Source: Desulfobacterales bacterium
GTDB taxonomy: Bacteria; Desulfobacterota; Desulfobacteria; Desulfobacterales; SpSt-501
Reading direction: 5' to 3' (one strand)
Length of the DNA: 64,000 bases
Assembly: GCA_037481615.1 (NCBI GenBank)
Contig: JBBFLI010000007.1
Of the stretch, positions 9,785-19,716 are shown one piece after another. The translations under genes and the position numbers were made by a program. The notes below the pieces were generated by a model that saw only the letters and a list, made by a program, of their open reading frames with translations, was not told the DNA's origin and did not search any database. How positions within the stretch are numbered: position 1 is the stretch's first letter; every line of letters starts with the position of its first letter.

Positions 9785-10336
9785 TCAGGGCGTGTAGATC
9801 ACGACCAGCAGCTCCGCGGGCTCGTCCCCCACGTTGCGCAGCTTGTGCCGGATCGCCGAGTTGAAATGCAAGGACTGCCCGGCCGCCAGCGTGTTCACGT
9901 GCTCGCCGACCGTGACCTCGACCCGGCCGGAGAGCACGTAGTCGAACTCCTCGCCCTCGTGCTGGTAGTCGACGCCGTGGTGCTCCTGGCGCGGCGGGAT
10001 CACGACGCGGAAGGCCTTGAGGTGCTTGTTCTCCGCTCCCGGGGTGAGGGTGGTGTAGGCGTAGTTTTCGGTGCGCTTGGCATGGGCCGAGATGCGCTTC
10101 TCGAGGCGCGATTCGCTCTCCCGCAGGAGGGCGGCGCTGTCGATCTCGAGGGCGCGCGCAAGCTGCAGGATCGCCCCCACGGGGGGGATCGTCCGGCCCT
10201 CCTCGATCGCCTCGAGCTGAGCGATCGAAAGCCCGGTTTCGTTCGCCACCCGCTCGAGGGGGATCCCTTTCTCGGTCCGCACCCGACGGATCGCCGCACC
10301 GACCGACTGCCGCTTGGGCTTTGCTTTTCCGGCCAT
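9785..10336 (-). CDS. XRE-family HTH + cupin transcriptional regulator
   Basis: Start moved to ATG 10336 (MAGKAKPK). HTH segment IRRVRTEKGIPLERVANETGLSIAQLEAIE. C-terminal cupin segment HEGEEFDYVLSGRVEV...HFNSAIRHKLRN. Confidence 0.85.
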   Translation of the reverse strand: MAGKAKPKRQSVGAAIRRVRTEKGIPLERVANETGLSIAQLEAIEEGRTIPPVGAILQLARALEIDSAALLRESESRLEKRISAHAKRTENYAYTTLTPGAENKHLKAFRVVIPPRQEHHGVDYQHEGEEFDYVLSGRVEVTVGEHVNTLAAGQSLHFNSAIRHKLRNVGDEPAELLVVIYTP

Positions 10337-10356
10337 GGCCTCTCCTTTTTGGCGCC

Positions 10357-11208
10357 TCAGCGGTACTCGTAGAAGCCGCGGCCCGTCTTGCGGCCGAGCC
10401 ATCCGGCCTCCACGTACTTGCGCAGCAGCGGGCAGGGGCGGTACTTCGAGTCCTTGAACCCGTCGTGGATCGTCTCCAGGATGGCGAGACAGGTGTCCAG
10501 GCCGATCAGGTCCGCGAGCGCAAGCGGCCCCATCGGGTGGTTCATGCCCAGCCGCATCACCGTGTCGATGTCTTCCCGCGTGCCCACCCCGTGATAGAGG
10601 CAATAGATCGCCTCGTTGATCATCGGCAGGAGGATGCGGTTGGCGATGAAGCCGGGGTAGTCGTTCGCGCGCGCGGGGGTTTTGCCGAACTTCTCGGCGA
10701 GCGCCCAGGTGGTCTTCAGGGTCTCCTCGGAGGTGGTGAGCGCCGGGATGACCTCGACGAGCTTCATCACCGGCACCGGGTTCATGAAGTGCATCCCGAT
10801 CACCTTGTCGGGGCGGCGCGTCTGGGCGGCGATGCGGCCGATCGGGATGGAGGAGGTGTTCGTGGCGAGGATGACTTCCGGCCGGCAGAGGCGGTCGAGT
10901 TCGCGGAAGAGCTGGAACTTGATCTCCTGCCGCTCGGTCGCCGCCTCGACGACGAAGTCGGCGGCCGCGAGGTCCTCGAGGCGGACCGCGCCGCGGATCC
11001 GGCCGAGGATCGCCTCCTTCTCGGCGGCGGAGAGTTTGCCCTTCTCCACGCTGCGGGCGAGGTTGCCCTCGATCGACTTCCGCCCCTTGTCGATGAGGCC
11101 CTGCTCGATGTCGTTCAGCAGGACGGCGAGGCCGCTCGCCGCGGCGACCTGCGCGATTCCGCTGCCCATCTGTCCCGCCCCGATGACGCCCAACGTTTCG
11201 ATCTTCAT
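10357..11208 (-). CDS. hbd: 3-hydroxybutyryl-CoA dehydrogenase
   Basis: Start moved to ATG 11208, which has GGAGAGGAGAG upstream. Rossmann motif GVIGAGQMGSGIA. 3HCDH blocks NTSSIPI and MNHPMGPLALADLIGLD. Confidence 0.9.
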   Translation of the reverse strand: MKIETLGVIGAGQMGSGIAQVAAASGLAVLLNDIEQGLIDKGRKSIEGNLARSVEKGKLSAAEKEAILGRIRGAVRLEDLAAADFVVEAATERQEIKFQLFRELDRLCRPEVILATNTSSIPIGRIAAQTRRPDKVIGMHFMNPVPVMKLVEVIPALTTSEETLKTTWALAEKFGKTPARANDYPGFIANRILLPMINEAIYCLYHGVGTREDIDTVMRLGMNHPMGPLALADLIGLDTCLAILETIHDGFKDSKYRPCPLLRKYVEAGWLGRKTGRGFYEYR

Positions 11209-11278
11209 GCCGCTCTCCTCTCCGTTTTCGACTCGTTTGTTCACCCGCCTCCCGCCGGGCGCGACCGGCGGGGGAGGG

Positions 11279-12454
11279 TCACCGGCGCACGACGAGGGCG
11301 ACGGCCTCCCCCCCGCCCAAGCAGAGCGAGGCGAGGCCCGTTTTCGCCTCCCGGCGGATCATCTCGTGGATCAGGGTCACGAGCACGCGGCAGCCGCTCG
11401 CCCCGATCGGGTGCCCGAGGGCGACACTGCCCCCGTTCACGTTCACCCGGGCGGGGTCGAGCTTCAGTTCGCGCAGCACGGCGACCGTCGAGCCGCTGAA
11501 GGCCTCGTTGATCTCGAAGAGGTCGACCTCCCCGATCCCGATCCCCTCCTTGGCGAGCACCTTGGGGATGGCGAGGATGGGGGCGACGAGCACGTACTTC
11601 ATGTCGAGCCCCGCCGAGGCCTGGGCGCCGATGCGCGCGAGCACGCGGCAGCCGAGCGCGCGGGCCTTCGCCTCGGAGGTGACGACCACGGCGGCCGCCC
11701 CGTCGCTGATCACCGAGGAGTTGCCCGCCGTGGCGTAGCCGTTCTTCTGGAAGGCCGGCGCCATGCGCGCGAGCACCTCGTAAGGGGTCTCGCGCGGGCA
11801 CTCGTCTCTCGCAAAGAGGATCGGGTCCCCCTTGCGCTGGGGCACGGCGACGGGGACGATCTCCTCCTCGAAGCGCCCCGCTTGCACCGCGGCGACGGCG
11901 CGGCGGTAGGACTCGGCCGCGTAGCGGTCCTGGTCCTCGCGGCTCACCCCGTATTTTTCGGAGCACAGGTCGTTCGAGATCCCCATGTGGAAGTCGTTCA
12001 CGATGTCCCAGAGGCCGTCGTGCACCATGTGGTCCTGGAGCGTGCCCGGTCCCATGCGGTAGCCGAAGCGCGCCTTCTCGAGGTAGTAGGGGGCGAGGCT
12101 CATGTTTTCCATGCCGCCCGCCACCACGACCTCCGCATCCCCGGTCTGGATCGCCTGGGCGGCGAGCATGACCGCCTTCAGGCCCGAGCCGCAGACCTTG
12201 TTCACCGTGAGCGCCTCGACCTCCCAGGGCATGCGGGCGAGCACCGCGGCCTGCTTGGCCGGATTCTGGCCGTAGCCGCAGGGGAGCACCTGGCCGAGGA
12301 TCACTTCGTTGACGGCCTCTTTGGCGATCCCGGCGCGGCGGACGGCCTCCTCGATCACGACGGCCCCGAGGCGTGTCGCCCCGAGGGAGGCGAGGCTGCC
12401 GTTGAAGGCCCCGAGGGCCGTGCGGACGGCGCTCACGATGACCGGCTGGTTCAT
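11279..12454 (-). CDS. Acetyl-CoA C-acetyltransferase (thiolase II)
   Basis: 391 aa. Active-site blocks NKVCGSGLKA, GGSVALGHPIGASG and CLGGGEAVA. Confidence 0.92.
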   Translation of the reverse strand: MNQPVIVSAVRTALGAFNGSLASLGATRLGAVVIEEAVRRAGIAKEAVNEVILGQVLPCGYGQNPAKQAAVLARMPWEVEALTVNKVCGSGLKAVMLAAQAIQTGDAEVVVAGGMENMSLAPYYLEKARFGYRMGPGTLQDHMVHDGLWDIVNDFHMGISNDLCSEKYGVSREDQDRYAAESYRRAVAAVQAGRFEEEIVPVAVPQRKGDPILFARDECPRETPYEVLARMAPAFQKNGYATAGNSSVISDGAAAVVVTSEAKARALGCRVLARIGAQASAGLDMKYVLVAPILAIPKVLAKEGIGIGEVDLFEINEAFSGSTVAVLRELKLDPARVNVNGGSVALGHPIGASGCRVLVTLIHEMIRREAKTGLASLCLGGGEAVALVVRR

Positions 12455-12509
12455 GGGTGTCCTCCTCCTTGCGGGGTGAGGCGGCGGCGGAGCCCCGTGC
12501 GGGGCCGCC

Positions 12510-15500
12510 TCACATGTTGCGCCGGTAGCGGCCGCCGACCGCGTAGAGCGCCTGGGTGATCTGGCCGAGGCTGCAGCAGCGCACGGTGTGCATCAGCTCG
12601 GCGAAGATGTTCCCCCCGGAGAGGGCGACCTGCTGCAGCCGCTCGAGCGCGGCCGGAGCCTCGTGCGCATGGCGCTCCTGGAACTCCTTCAGCCGCCGGA
12701 GCTGGGACTGCTTTTCCTCCTCGGTGGCGCGGGCGAGCTCGAGGGTCTCGGTGAAGCGGCCCTCGGCGGCGTGCGGGTCGCGGAAGGTGTTCACGCCGAT
12801 GATCGGCAGCCGGCCGTCGTGCTTGAGCGCCTCGTAGTAGAGCGACTCCTCCTGGATCTTCGCCCGCTGGTAGCCCGTTTCCATCGCGCCCAGCACCCCG
12901 CCGCGTTCGGTCAGGCGGTCGAACTCGGCGAGCACGGCCTCCTCGACGAGGCGGGTCAGCTCCTCGACGATGTAGCTGCCCTGGTTGGGGTTTTCGTTTT
13001 TCGTCAGGCCCCACTCGCGGTTGATGATGAGCTGGATCGCCAGCGCCCGGCGCACGGACTCGGCGCTCGGGGTCGTGATCGCCTCGTCGAAGGCGTTCGT
13101 GTGCAGGCTGTTGCAGTTGTCGTAGATCGCGCAGAGGGCCTGGAGGGTCGTGCGGATGTCGTTGAACTGAATGTCCTGGCTGTGGAGCGAGCGCCCCGAG
13201 GTCTGGATATGGTACTTGAGCTGCTGGCTGCGCGGCCCTCCGCCGTACTTGTGCTTCATGGCGATCGCCCAGATGCGGCGGGCGACCCGGCCGATCACCG
13301 TGTACTCGGCGTCCATGCCGTTCGAGAAGAAGAAGGAGAGGTTCGGGCCGAAGCTGTCGATCGGCATGCCGCGCGAGAGGTAGTACTCGACGTAGGTGAA
13401 GCCGTTGGCGAGCGTGAAGGCGAGCTGGGTGATCGGGTTCGCCCCGGCCTCGGCGATGTGGTAGCCGGAGATCGACACCGAGTAGAAGTTGCGCACGCGG
13501 TTCCGGATGAAATACTCCTGGATGTCGCCCATCATCTTGAGGGCGAAGTCGATCGCGAAGATGCAGGTGTTCTGCCCTTGGTCCTCCTTGAGGATGTCGG
13601 CCTGGACCGTGCCGCGCACGGCCTCGAGCACCGCCTGCCGGATGCGGCCCTCCTCCTCGGGGTCCGGGGCGCGGCCGTGCTCGGCGGCGAATTTCTCGAG
13701 CTGCTGGTCGATCGCCGTGTTGAGGAACATGGCGAGCACGATCGGCGCCGGGCCGTTGATCGTCATCGAGACCGAGGTGTTCGGGGCGCAGAGCTCGAAG
13801 CCGCTGTAGAGCACCTTCATGTCCTCGAGGGTGCACACGCTCACCCCCGAGGTGCCCACCTTGCCGTAGATGTCGGGCCGCGGGTCGGGGTCGAAGCCGT
13901 AGAGGGTGACCGAGTCGAAGGCGGTCGAGAGGCGCTTGGCGGGGTAGGCGGCCGAGAGCAGCCGGAAGCGGCGGTTCGTGCGCGCGGGGTCGCCCTCGCC
14001 GGCGAACATGCGCGTCGGGTCCTCGTCGGTGCGCTTGAGCGGGAAGACGCCCGCCGTGTAAGGAAAGCGGCCGGGGACGTTTTCCTCGCGCAGGAAGCGG
14101 TGGATCTCGGCCGGGTCGGCGAAGCGCGGCAGCGCGACCTTGGGGATGCGCGAGTGCGCCAGGGTCTCGGTCGTGAGCGGCAGGCGGATCTCGCGGTCGC
14201 GCACGCGGTAGACGAGCTCGTCGCCGGCGTAGGTGCGGCGGATCTCCTCCCACTCGGCCTCGAGCCGCCGGGTCTCCGGGTCGATCGCCTCCTCGGCGCG
14301 GGCGAGCTCGTCCCGCAGGCGCGCGACGAGCTCGGGGGCCTCGGCGCCGGCTTCGAGGACGGAGAGCGCCTCGGCGAGGTGCCAGCGCCGGCGCAGGGCC
14401 TCCATCTGCTCGGCCGTCCGGCGGTGGTAGGCGCGGACCGTGTCGGCGATTTCCCCGAGGTAGCGCACGCGCTCGGGGGGGATGATGATCGTCTTCGAGG
14501 AGGAATGCTTGCCCTGCGGCCGCGGCAGCCGGGAGGCGAAGCGCACGCCGGTTTTTTCCGCGATCGCCTCGAGCAGCGCGTGGTAGAGCGCGGTCACCCC
14601 GTCGTCGTTGAACTTCGAGGCGATCGTGCCGTAGACGGGCATCTCCTCGGGCCGACGGTCGAAGGCCTTGCGGTTGCGCTGCACCTGCTTGCGCACGTGG
14701 GCGAGGGCGTCCTCGCTGCCGCGTTTTTCGAACTTGTTGACCGCGACCAGATCCGCGAAATCGAGCATGTCGATCTTCTCGAGCTGGGAGGCCGCGCCGA
14801 ACTCGGCCGTCATGACGTAGATCGAGACGTCGACCAGGTCCACGATGCTCGAATCCCCCTGGCCGATGCCGGCGGTCTCGGTGATGACGAGGTCGAAGCC
14901 GGCGGCCTTCACGGCGGCCACGGCGTCGGCGAGGGTCTCGGGGATCTCGGTCTGCGAGCGGCGCGTGGCGAGCGATCGCATGTAGACCCGGGGGTCCCCG
15001 ATCGCGTTCATGCGGATGCGGTCGCCGAGAAGCGCCCCGCCGGTCCGTCGCCGGGAGGGGTCGCAGCTCAGGATGGCGACGCGGACGGTCTTCAAGTCGT
15101 GGAGCAGCCGCACGATCAGCTCGTCGGTGAGCGAGGACTTCCCCGCCCCGCCGGTCCCGGTGATGCCGACGACGGGGACCCGGCGGCCGGCGATGCGGCG
15201 TTCCAGCTCGGCCCGCAGGCGGGCGAGGTGGCCGTTCTCCCGGACCTTGGCGATCTCGGCGGCCGTGATCAGGCGGGCGACGAGCCCCTTGTTCTCGGGG
15301 GAGAGCCGATCGAGGGGCAGATCGAAGTCCTTCACCGTCGGGAAATCGATGCACTGCACGAGGTGGTTGATCATCCCCTGCAGGCCCATGCGCGCGCCGT
15401 CCTCGGGGGAGTAGATCTTGGTGACCCCGTAGGCCTCGAGCTCGCGGATCTCCTCGGGCACGATGACCCCGCCGCCCCCCCCGAAGACGCGGATGTGTCC

Positions 15501-15779
15501 CGCTCCGCGCTCCCGCAGCAGGTCCACGAGGTACTTGAAGAACTCGAGGTGCCCTCCCTGGTAGCTCGAGACGGCGACCCCCTGCACGTCCTCCTCGATC
15601 GCCGCATCCACGATTTCCTGCACCGAGCGGTTGTGCCCGAGATGGATCACCTCGACCCCGGTGTCCTGGAGGATGCGGCGCATGATGTTGATCGCCGCGT
15701 CGTGACCGTCGAAGAGCGAGGTTGCGGTCACCACCCGCACGGGGTGGCGCGGGGTGTAAACGGCGGTTTCCTGGCTCAT
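12510..15779 (-). CDS. icmF: Fused isobutyryl-CoA mutase (B12-binding domain + MeaB-like GTPase + mutase barrel), IcmF type
   Basis: Start moved to ATG 15779 (MSQETAVY), giving 1089 aa. N-terminal B12 domain [20 protein letters not shown]-loop [14 protein letters not shown]-terminal methylmalonyl-CoA-mutase-like barrel. The ATGA overlap with the upstream tetR stop indicates translational coupling. Confidence 0.9.
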   Translation of the reverse strand: MSQETAVYTPRHPVRVVTATSLFDGHDAAINIMRRILQDTGVEVIHLGHNRSVQEIVDAAIEEDVQGVAVSSYQGGHLEFFKYLVDLLRERGAGHIRVFGGGGGVIVPEEIRELEAYGVTKIYSPEDGARMGLQGMINHLVQCIDFPTVKDFDLPLDRLSPENKGLVARLITAAEIAKVRENGHLARLRAELERRIAGRRVPVVGITGTGGAGKSSLTDELIVRLLHDLKTVRVAILSCDPSRRRTGGALLGDRIRMNAIGDPRVYMRSLATRRSQTEIPETLADAVAAVKAAGFDLVITETAGIGQGDSSIVDLVDVSIYVMTAEFGAASQLEKIDMLDFADLVAVNKFEKRGSEDALAHVRKQVQRNRKAFDRRPEEMPVYGTIASKFNDDGVTALYHALLEAIAEKTGVRFASRLPRPQGKHSSSKTIIIPPERVRYLGEIADTVRAYHRRTAEQMEALRRRWHLAEALSVLEAGAEAPELVARLRDELARAEEAIDPETRRLEAEWEEIRRTYAGDELVYRVRDREIRLPLTTETLAHSRIPKVALPRFADPAEIHRFLREENVPGRFPYTAGVFPLKRTDEDPTRMFAGEGDPARTNRRFRLLSAAYPAKRLSTAFDSVTLYGFDPDPRPDIYGKVGTSGVSVCTLEDMKVLYSGFELCAPNTSVSMTINGPAPIVLAMFLNTAIDQQLEKFAAEHGRAPDPEEEGRIRQAVLEAVRGTVQADILKEDQGQNTCIFAIDFALKMMGDIQEYFIRNRVRNFYSVSISGYHIAEAGANPITQLAFTLANGFTYVEYYLSRGMPIDSFGPNLSFFFSNGMDAEYTVIGRVARRIWAIAMKHKYGGGPRSQQLKYHIQTSGRSLHSQDIQFNDIRTTLQALCAIYDNCNSLHTNAFDEAITTPSAESVRRALAIQLIINREWGLTKNENPNQGSYIVEELTRLVEEAVLAEFDRLTERGGVLGAMETGYQRAKIQEESLYYEALKHDGRLPIIGVNTFRDPHAAEGRFTETLELARATEEEKQSQLRRLKEFQERHAHEAPAALERLQQVALSGGNIFAELMHTVRCCSLGQITQALYAVGGRYRRNM

Positions 15780-16507
15780 GGGACCTCCCGGGAACTCCCT
15801 TCCGGCGATGTCTCCGCATCCGCCCCGTCGCCGGCGGCCGGCGGATCGACCGGGGGCGGGTATTCCTCCGGGCCCGCGGTGCACATGCGCAGGATGGCCG
15901 CCGTCTGGAGACGGATGTAGTCTTCGATGCGGTAGTGCTTGGCGAGGAACCAGCGGCGAAACGTCCACATGTGCCCGAGGACGACGATGTTGTGGGCGAG
16001 GATTTCGATCGTCCGCTCGTTCAGGCGCGGCAGCTCACCCGAAGCGGCCAGGCGGGCGAGCACGCCCACGAGCAGCCCGGTGATGCGCAGTTCGTTCTCG
16101 AGCACGCGGCGCTGCCACTGGGAGGGCAGGGACTGGGTCTGCTGATAGATCATCAGGATGAAGTCGCTCATGCGGTGGCAGACGAGGAAATACTCGCGGA
16201 TCACCTCGGCCAGGGCCTGTTTGCCCCCCGCCGCGTGGGCCATCGCCTGGGCGACGCCGTTTTCCATCTCGGCGTGGATCTGCTCGCAGACGAGGTAGAG
16301 GATGTCCTCCTTGCAGGTGAAGTACTCGTAGAGCGAGCCGATCGAGATGCCGGCCGCGCGGGCGATCTGGCGCGTCGTCGTCTTGTGGAAGCCGTTGCGG
16401 ATGAAGAGCTGCACGGCGGCGTCGGCGATCTGGCGCCGACGCCGCTCGACGAGACCGGGGTCCTTGACCTGGGTCGGAATCGTCGCCTGGCGGATCGAAG
16501 CGGGCAT
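15776..16507 (-). CDS. TetR-family transcriptional regulator
   Basis: HTH segment [27 protein letters not shown] 16507 is preferred over the TTG at 16570. The stop overlaps the icmF start by 4 nt. Confidence 0.8.
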   Translation of the reverse strand: MPASIRQATIPTQVKDPGLVERRRRQIADAAVQLFIRNGFHKTTTRQIARAAGISIGSLYEYFTCKEDILYLVCEQIHAEMENGVAQAMAHAAGGKQALAEVIREYFLVCHRMSDFILMIYQQTQSLPSQWQRRVLENELRITGLLVGVLARLAASGELPRLNERTIEILAHNIVVLGHMWTFRRWFLAKHYRIEDYIRLQTAAILRMCTAGPEEYPPPVDPPAAGDGADAETSPEGSSREVP

Positions 16508-16553
16508 CTTCCCTCGAGGGGCGGTGGCCGCCCCGGCTACCCGGGGTTGCTTA

Positions 16554-16568
16554 ACCGAGCGAGCGCTC
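16554..16568. promoter_or_regulatory. Putative TetR operator, copy 1 (ACCGAGCGAGCGCTC)
   Basis: 15-nt motif identical to 16688-16702. It contains the palindromic core GAGCGCTC and lies ~47 nt upstream of the tetR ATG. Confidence 0.45.
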
Positions 16569-16655
16569 AATCGATCCTGCCATACACCCCTGAACGAACC
16601 GCTGTCAAGAGTGGGGGGGGGATCGGAAGGCGGCGTTTGCGGCCCTGGCCGGCTC

Positions 16656-16683
16656 TTGACAACGATATCTACTTTCGTTTATC
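16656..16683 (+). promoter_or_regulatory. Putative sigma70-type promoter for the hydratase/lyase operon
   Basis: TTGACA (16656-16661), 16-nt spacer, TTTATC (16678-16683). The operator palindrome follows directly downstream. Confidence 0.4.
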
Positions 16684-16687
16684 CGTT

Positions 16688-16706
16688 ACCGAGCGAGCGC
16701 TCGCTC
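16688..16706. promoter_or_regulatory. Putative TetR operator, copy 2 (contains perfect 16-bp palindrome)
   Basis: GAGCGAGCGCTCGCTC (16691-16706) is its own reverse complement. The 15-nt ACCGAGCGAGCGCTC is shared with copy 1. Confidence 0.5.
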
Positions 16707-16799
16707 ATCAATAGGGTCTTTCGGGAAGGACCGGCGCAGCCGGAGCGCGGCAAAGGGACGGCCGCTTTCCAAGGATTCGGGAAAGGGGGAGGCTTGGCT

Positions 16800-17582
16800 A
16801 TGGGAGAGGAGGTCCTGCGGGTCGAGGAGGCCGAGGGGGTCCTGACGCTCACCCTCAACCGGCCGGAGGTCATGAACTCGCTCAATTTCGCCTTGCTCCA
16901 CGCGCTCAGGCGGGAGATCGAGGCGGTGCGTTTCCGGCGCGACGTGCGTGTGATCCTCATCACCGGGGCGGGCGACAAGGCGTTCTGCTCGGGGGCCGAT
17001 CTCAAGGAGCGCGCGACGCTGCCGCCCGAGAAGGTGCGGGAGTACATCTTCACCATCCGCGATCTCTTCACGGCGATCGAGCAGTTGAACAAGCCGGCGA
17101 TCGCCGCCGTGAACGGGGTCGCCCTGGGCGGGGGAACCGAGCTCGCACTCGCCTGCGACATCCGCCTCGCCGCGAAGAACGCGACCCTCGGGCTGACCGA
17201 AACGAGGCTCGCCATCATCCCGGGCGCCGGCGGCACGCAACGGCTGCCGCGCCTCGTCGGCCGCGGCAAGGCCAAGGAGCTCATCTTCACCGGCAGGCGG
17301 GTGGACGCCGGGGAGGCGCTCGCCATCGGGCTCGTGAACCGCGTCTGCGAGCCCGAGCAGCTTCTGCCGGAGTGCCGCGCCATGGCCGCGATGATCTGCG
17401 AAACCGGGCCGATCGCGATCGAGCAGGCGAAATACGCGATCAACCACGGCCTGGAGACCGATCTCGCCACGGGGCTGGCGATCGAGTCGAACGCCTACTG
17501 GGTCTGCATCCCGACCGAGGACCGCCTCGAGGGGCTCGCCGCCTTCCGCGAGAAACGGAAACCCGTCTACAAGGGACGATAG
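16800..17582 (+). CDS. Enoyl-CoA hydratase, methylglutaconyl-CoA hydratase-like (LiuC/AUH type)
   Basis: Start moved to ATG 16800 (MGEEVLRV), giving 260 aa. Crotonase blocks GGGTELALACDIRLAA and GLTETRLAIIPGAGGTQRLPRLVG closely follow the AUH/LiuC pattern. Confidence 0.88.
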   Translation: MGEEVLRVEEAEGVLTLTLNRPEVMNSLNFALLHALRREIEAVRFRRDVRVILITGAGDKAFCSGADLKERATLPPEKVREYIFTIRDLFTAIEQLNKPAIAAVNGVALGGGTELALACDIRLAAKNATLGLTETRLAIIPGAGGTQRLPRLVGRGKAKELIFTGRRVDAGEALAIGLVNRVCEPEQLLPECRAMAAMICETGPIAIEQAKYAINHGLETDLATGLAIESNAYWVCIPTEDRLEGLAAFREKRKPVYKGR

Positions 17583-17617
17583 CCGTACCCGAGCCATCCC
17601 GACCAAAGGAGGCCCCC

Positions 17618-18784
17618 ATGACCGAGTACGACTACTGGAAGATCTTCCCCCGCATGCCCCGCAAGGTGACGATCGGCGACATCACGGTGCGCGACGGGTT
17701 CCAGCACCTCGAGAAGTTCGTCTCCACCCGGGCCAAGATCTTCTACGCCGAGGAGATGATCTTCGCCGGTTGCCGCCACATCGAGGTGACCAACCTCGGC
17801 AACCCCCACCTCATGCCGCAGTTCCGCGACGCCGAGGAGGTGCTCGCCCACCTGAAGGGCGAGCGCTTCCGCGAGCGCCTCGCCAAGCGCGGGATCCGGC
17901 CCGAGGAGATCTGCATCACCGCGGTGACCATCCGCGAGACCGCGGTCGACCGCGCCGTCGAGCTGCGCCGGCGGGGGATCGGCCCCGACCGCTGCCTGAT
18001 GATGGTCTCGACCGAGGAGGAGCACCACTTCGCCAACTCCGGCTGCACGCTGCCCCAGTACTGGAAGGAGGCCGAGCGGGCGATTCGCAAGTGCCGGGAT
18101 GCCGGGATGCAGATGTGCGGCACGGTGAGCACGATCTGGGGCAGCCCGATCGCGGGGGCGACCGAACTCAAGGACGCGCTCGAATTCACGAAGCGCTGGC
18201 TCTCGATCGGCGCCACCGACATCGAGCACGCCGACCACGACGGCAGCGCCTCGGCCCCCGAGGTCTACCGGTACTTCTCGATGGTCCTCGATGCGCTCCC
18301 CGACACGCGCCTGCACATCGCCCACTTCCACGAGACCAAGCGCGTGGCCGCCGCCTCGGTGCTCGCCGCGCTTCAGGCGGGGATCACCCATTTCGAGGCG
18401 ACCCTGGGCGGCATGGGCGGTCAGCCCGCCAACTTCCTCGACGACTGCCCGGTCCCCGGGACCGGGGAGTACTACTACAAGGACCCGCGCTACGTCGGGC
18501 TCGTCTGCCTCGAGGACCTCCTCGTCCAGATCGACGAGATGGGCATCGAGCACGGCTACGATGTCGACCGCGTCCTGTGGCTCGGGCGCCAGATGGAGCG
18601 CACGGTCGGCCACCGGCTGCGCAGCGAGGCGGTGGTGAACGGCCGCACGCAGAAGGCCGGGCATCCCCAGTTCTCGCGGCCGGGGCTGAAGAAGCTGAAA
18701 GAAAAACTGGGCGAAAAGCCCGGACAGAAATACCCGGACGACTGGGGCGAGACGGCCGTAACGCCGCCGGCGCCGGGGCGCTGA
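17618..18784 (+). CDS. DRE-TIM metallolyase, HMG-CoA lyase-like (divergent)
   Basis: ATG 17618 follows AAAGGAGG. Motifs ITVRDGFQ and AHFHETK. The canonical GGCP active-site Cys block reads GGMGGQP. Has a C-terminal extension. Confidence 0.75.
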   Translation: MTEYDYWKIFPRMPRKVTIGDITVRDGFQHLEKFVSTRAKIFYAEEMIFAGCRHIEVTNLGNPHLMPQFRDAEEVLAHLKGERFRERLAKRGIRPEEICITAVTIRETAVDRAVELRRRGIGPDRCLMMVSTEEEHHFANSGCTLPQYWKEAERAIRKCRDAGMQMCGTVSTIWGSPIAGATELKDALEFTKRWLSIGATDIEHADHDGSASAPEVYRYFSMVLDALPDTRLHIAHFHETKRVAAASVLAALQAGITHFEATLGGMGGQPANFLDDCPVPGTGEYYYKDPRYVGLVCLEDLLVQIDEMGIEHGYDVDRVLWLGRQMERTVGHRLRSEAVVNGRTQKAGHPQFSRPGLKKLKEKLGEKPGQKYPDDWGETAVTPPAPGR

Positions 18785-18825
18785 AGACCGGGCGAGGGCG
18801 CCCGGGAGACGAAAGGAGCCGATCG

Positions 18826-19611
18826 TTGGGCGGACAGAACGGGACGGAGGGCGCCGTGCCGGGCGAAGCCACGGCCCACACGGCAGAGGGCGTCGACCGG
18901 GCCGGGCGGGTGCGTTTTCTGCTCGATGTGATCCACCGCGCGGCCCTGCACCACGGGCTGTGGTTCACCGAGGTACGCCACCAGCTGGGCATGCGGCGGG
19001 CGCTCGAGGCCCTCGATGCGGCCTGGAAGAGAAGCCTCGATATCCAGTTGAACCGGCTTTCGCGCATTCTCGGCTTCGAGCTGGAGGGGGGGCTGCCGCG
19101 GCCGCTGCTCGAGATGGAGGATGACGCCTTCGATCAGCTCCTCGAGGGGCTCTGCGCGAACTGGCTCGTGGGCGACGGGGTCTGGTTCCAGGCGGTCGAG
19201 TTCGCCCACGGGATGAACGACGCCAAGCGCTGCAACGACTCGGTCTGGGCCCAGTTCGCGCCGCTCGAAGCCTGGTCGATCCAGCGCCTGCTCGGGCTCC
19301 CCGAGCGCTCGGGGCTGGAGGGCCTCAAGCAGGCGCTCGCCTGGCGCATCTACGCCCGCATCAACGTCCAGTCCGTGGTCGAAGAGGGCCCGAGAAGCCT
19401 CGTCTTCCGCATGGAAGAATGCCGCGTCCAGTCCGCCCGCAAGCGCAAGGGACTCCCCGACTATCCCTGCAAATCGGCGGGGCTGGTCGAGTACGCCTAC
19501 TTCGCCCGCGCGATCGACGACCGCATCGTGACCGAGTGCATCGGCTGCCCGCCCGACCCTCACCCCGAGGGCTGGTACTGCGCCTGGCGCTTCAGCCTGC
19601 CCGACGGGTGA
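18826..19611 (+). CDS. Conserved hypothetical protein with C-terminal Cys motif (possibly ATC-hydrolase/DUF-type fold)
   Basis: TTG 18826 lies 7 nt after AAAGGAG and is in frame with the long track ORF. The coding-like part begins around RFLLDVIHRAALHHG. C-terminal YPCK...ECIGCPPDPHPEGWYCAW. Confidence 0.55.
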   Translation: MGGQNGTEGAVPGEATAHTAEGVDRAGRVRFLLDVIHRAALHHGLWFTEVRHQLGMRRALEALDAAWKRSLDIQLNRLSRILGFELEGGLPRPLLEMEDDAFDQLLEGLCANWLVGDGVWFQAVEFAHGMNDAKRCNDSVWAQFAPLEAWSIQRLLGLPERSGLEGLKQALAWRIYARINVQSVVEEGPRSLVFRMEECRVQSARKRKGLPDYPCKSAGLVEYAYFARAIDDRIVTECIGCPPDPHPEGWYCAWRFSLPDG

Positions 19612-19660
19612 ATCCCCGCGCGCCGCGCCCGGGCGCCTGGGGCGGCGGGGGCCGGTCCGC

Positions 19661-19689
19661 AAAAAAAGGCCCCGCCGCAGGGCGGGGCC
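19661..19689 (-). terminator. Rho-independent terminator of the 19717-20139 gene
   Basis: On the minus strand: GGCCCCGCC-ctgc-GGCGGGGCC (9-bp stem, 4-nt loop) followed by TTTTTTT. Confidence 0.8.
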
Positions 19690-19716
19690 GGAAACGGTGG
19701 GGGATGACGGCCCGGC

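Noticed and set aside
12588-15920. 1110-aa ORF antisense to icmF, plus a 1122-aa off-frame ORF on the same strand as icmF
   Set aside because: The icmF frame has clear B12, P-loop and mutase motifs. The other frames give only Arg/Gly/Asp/Glu/His-rich nonsense.
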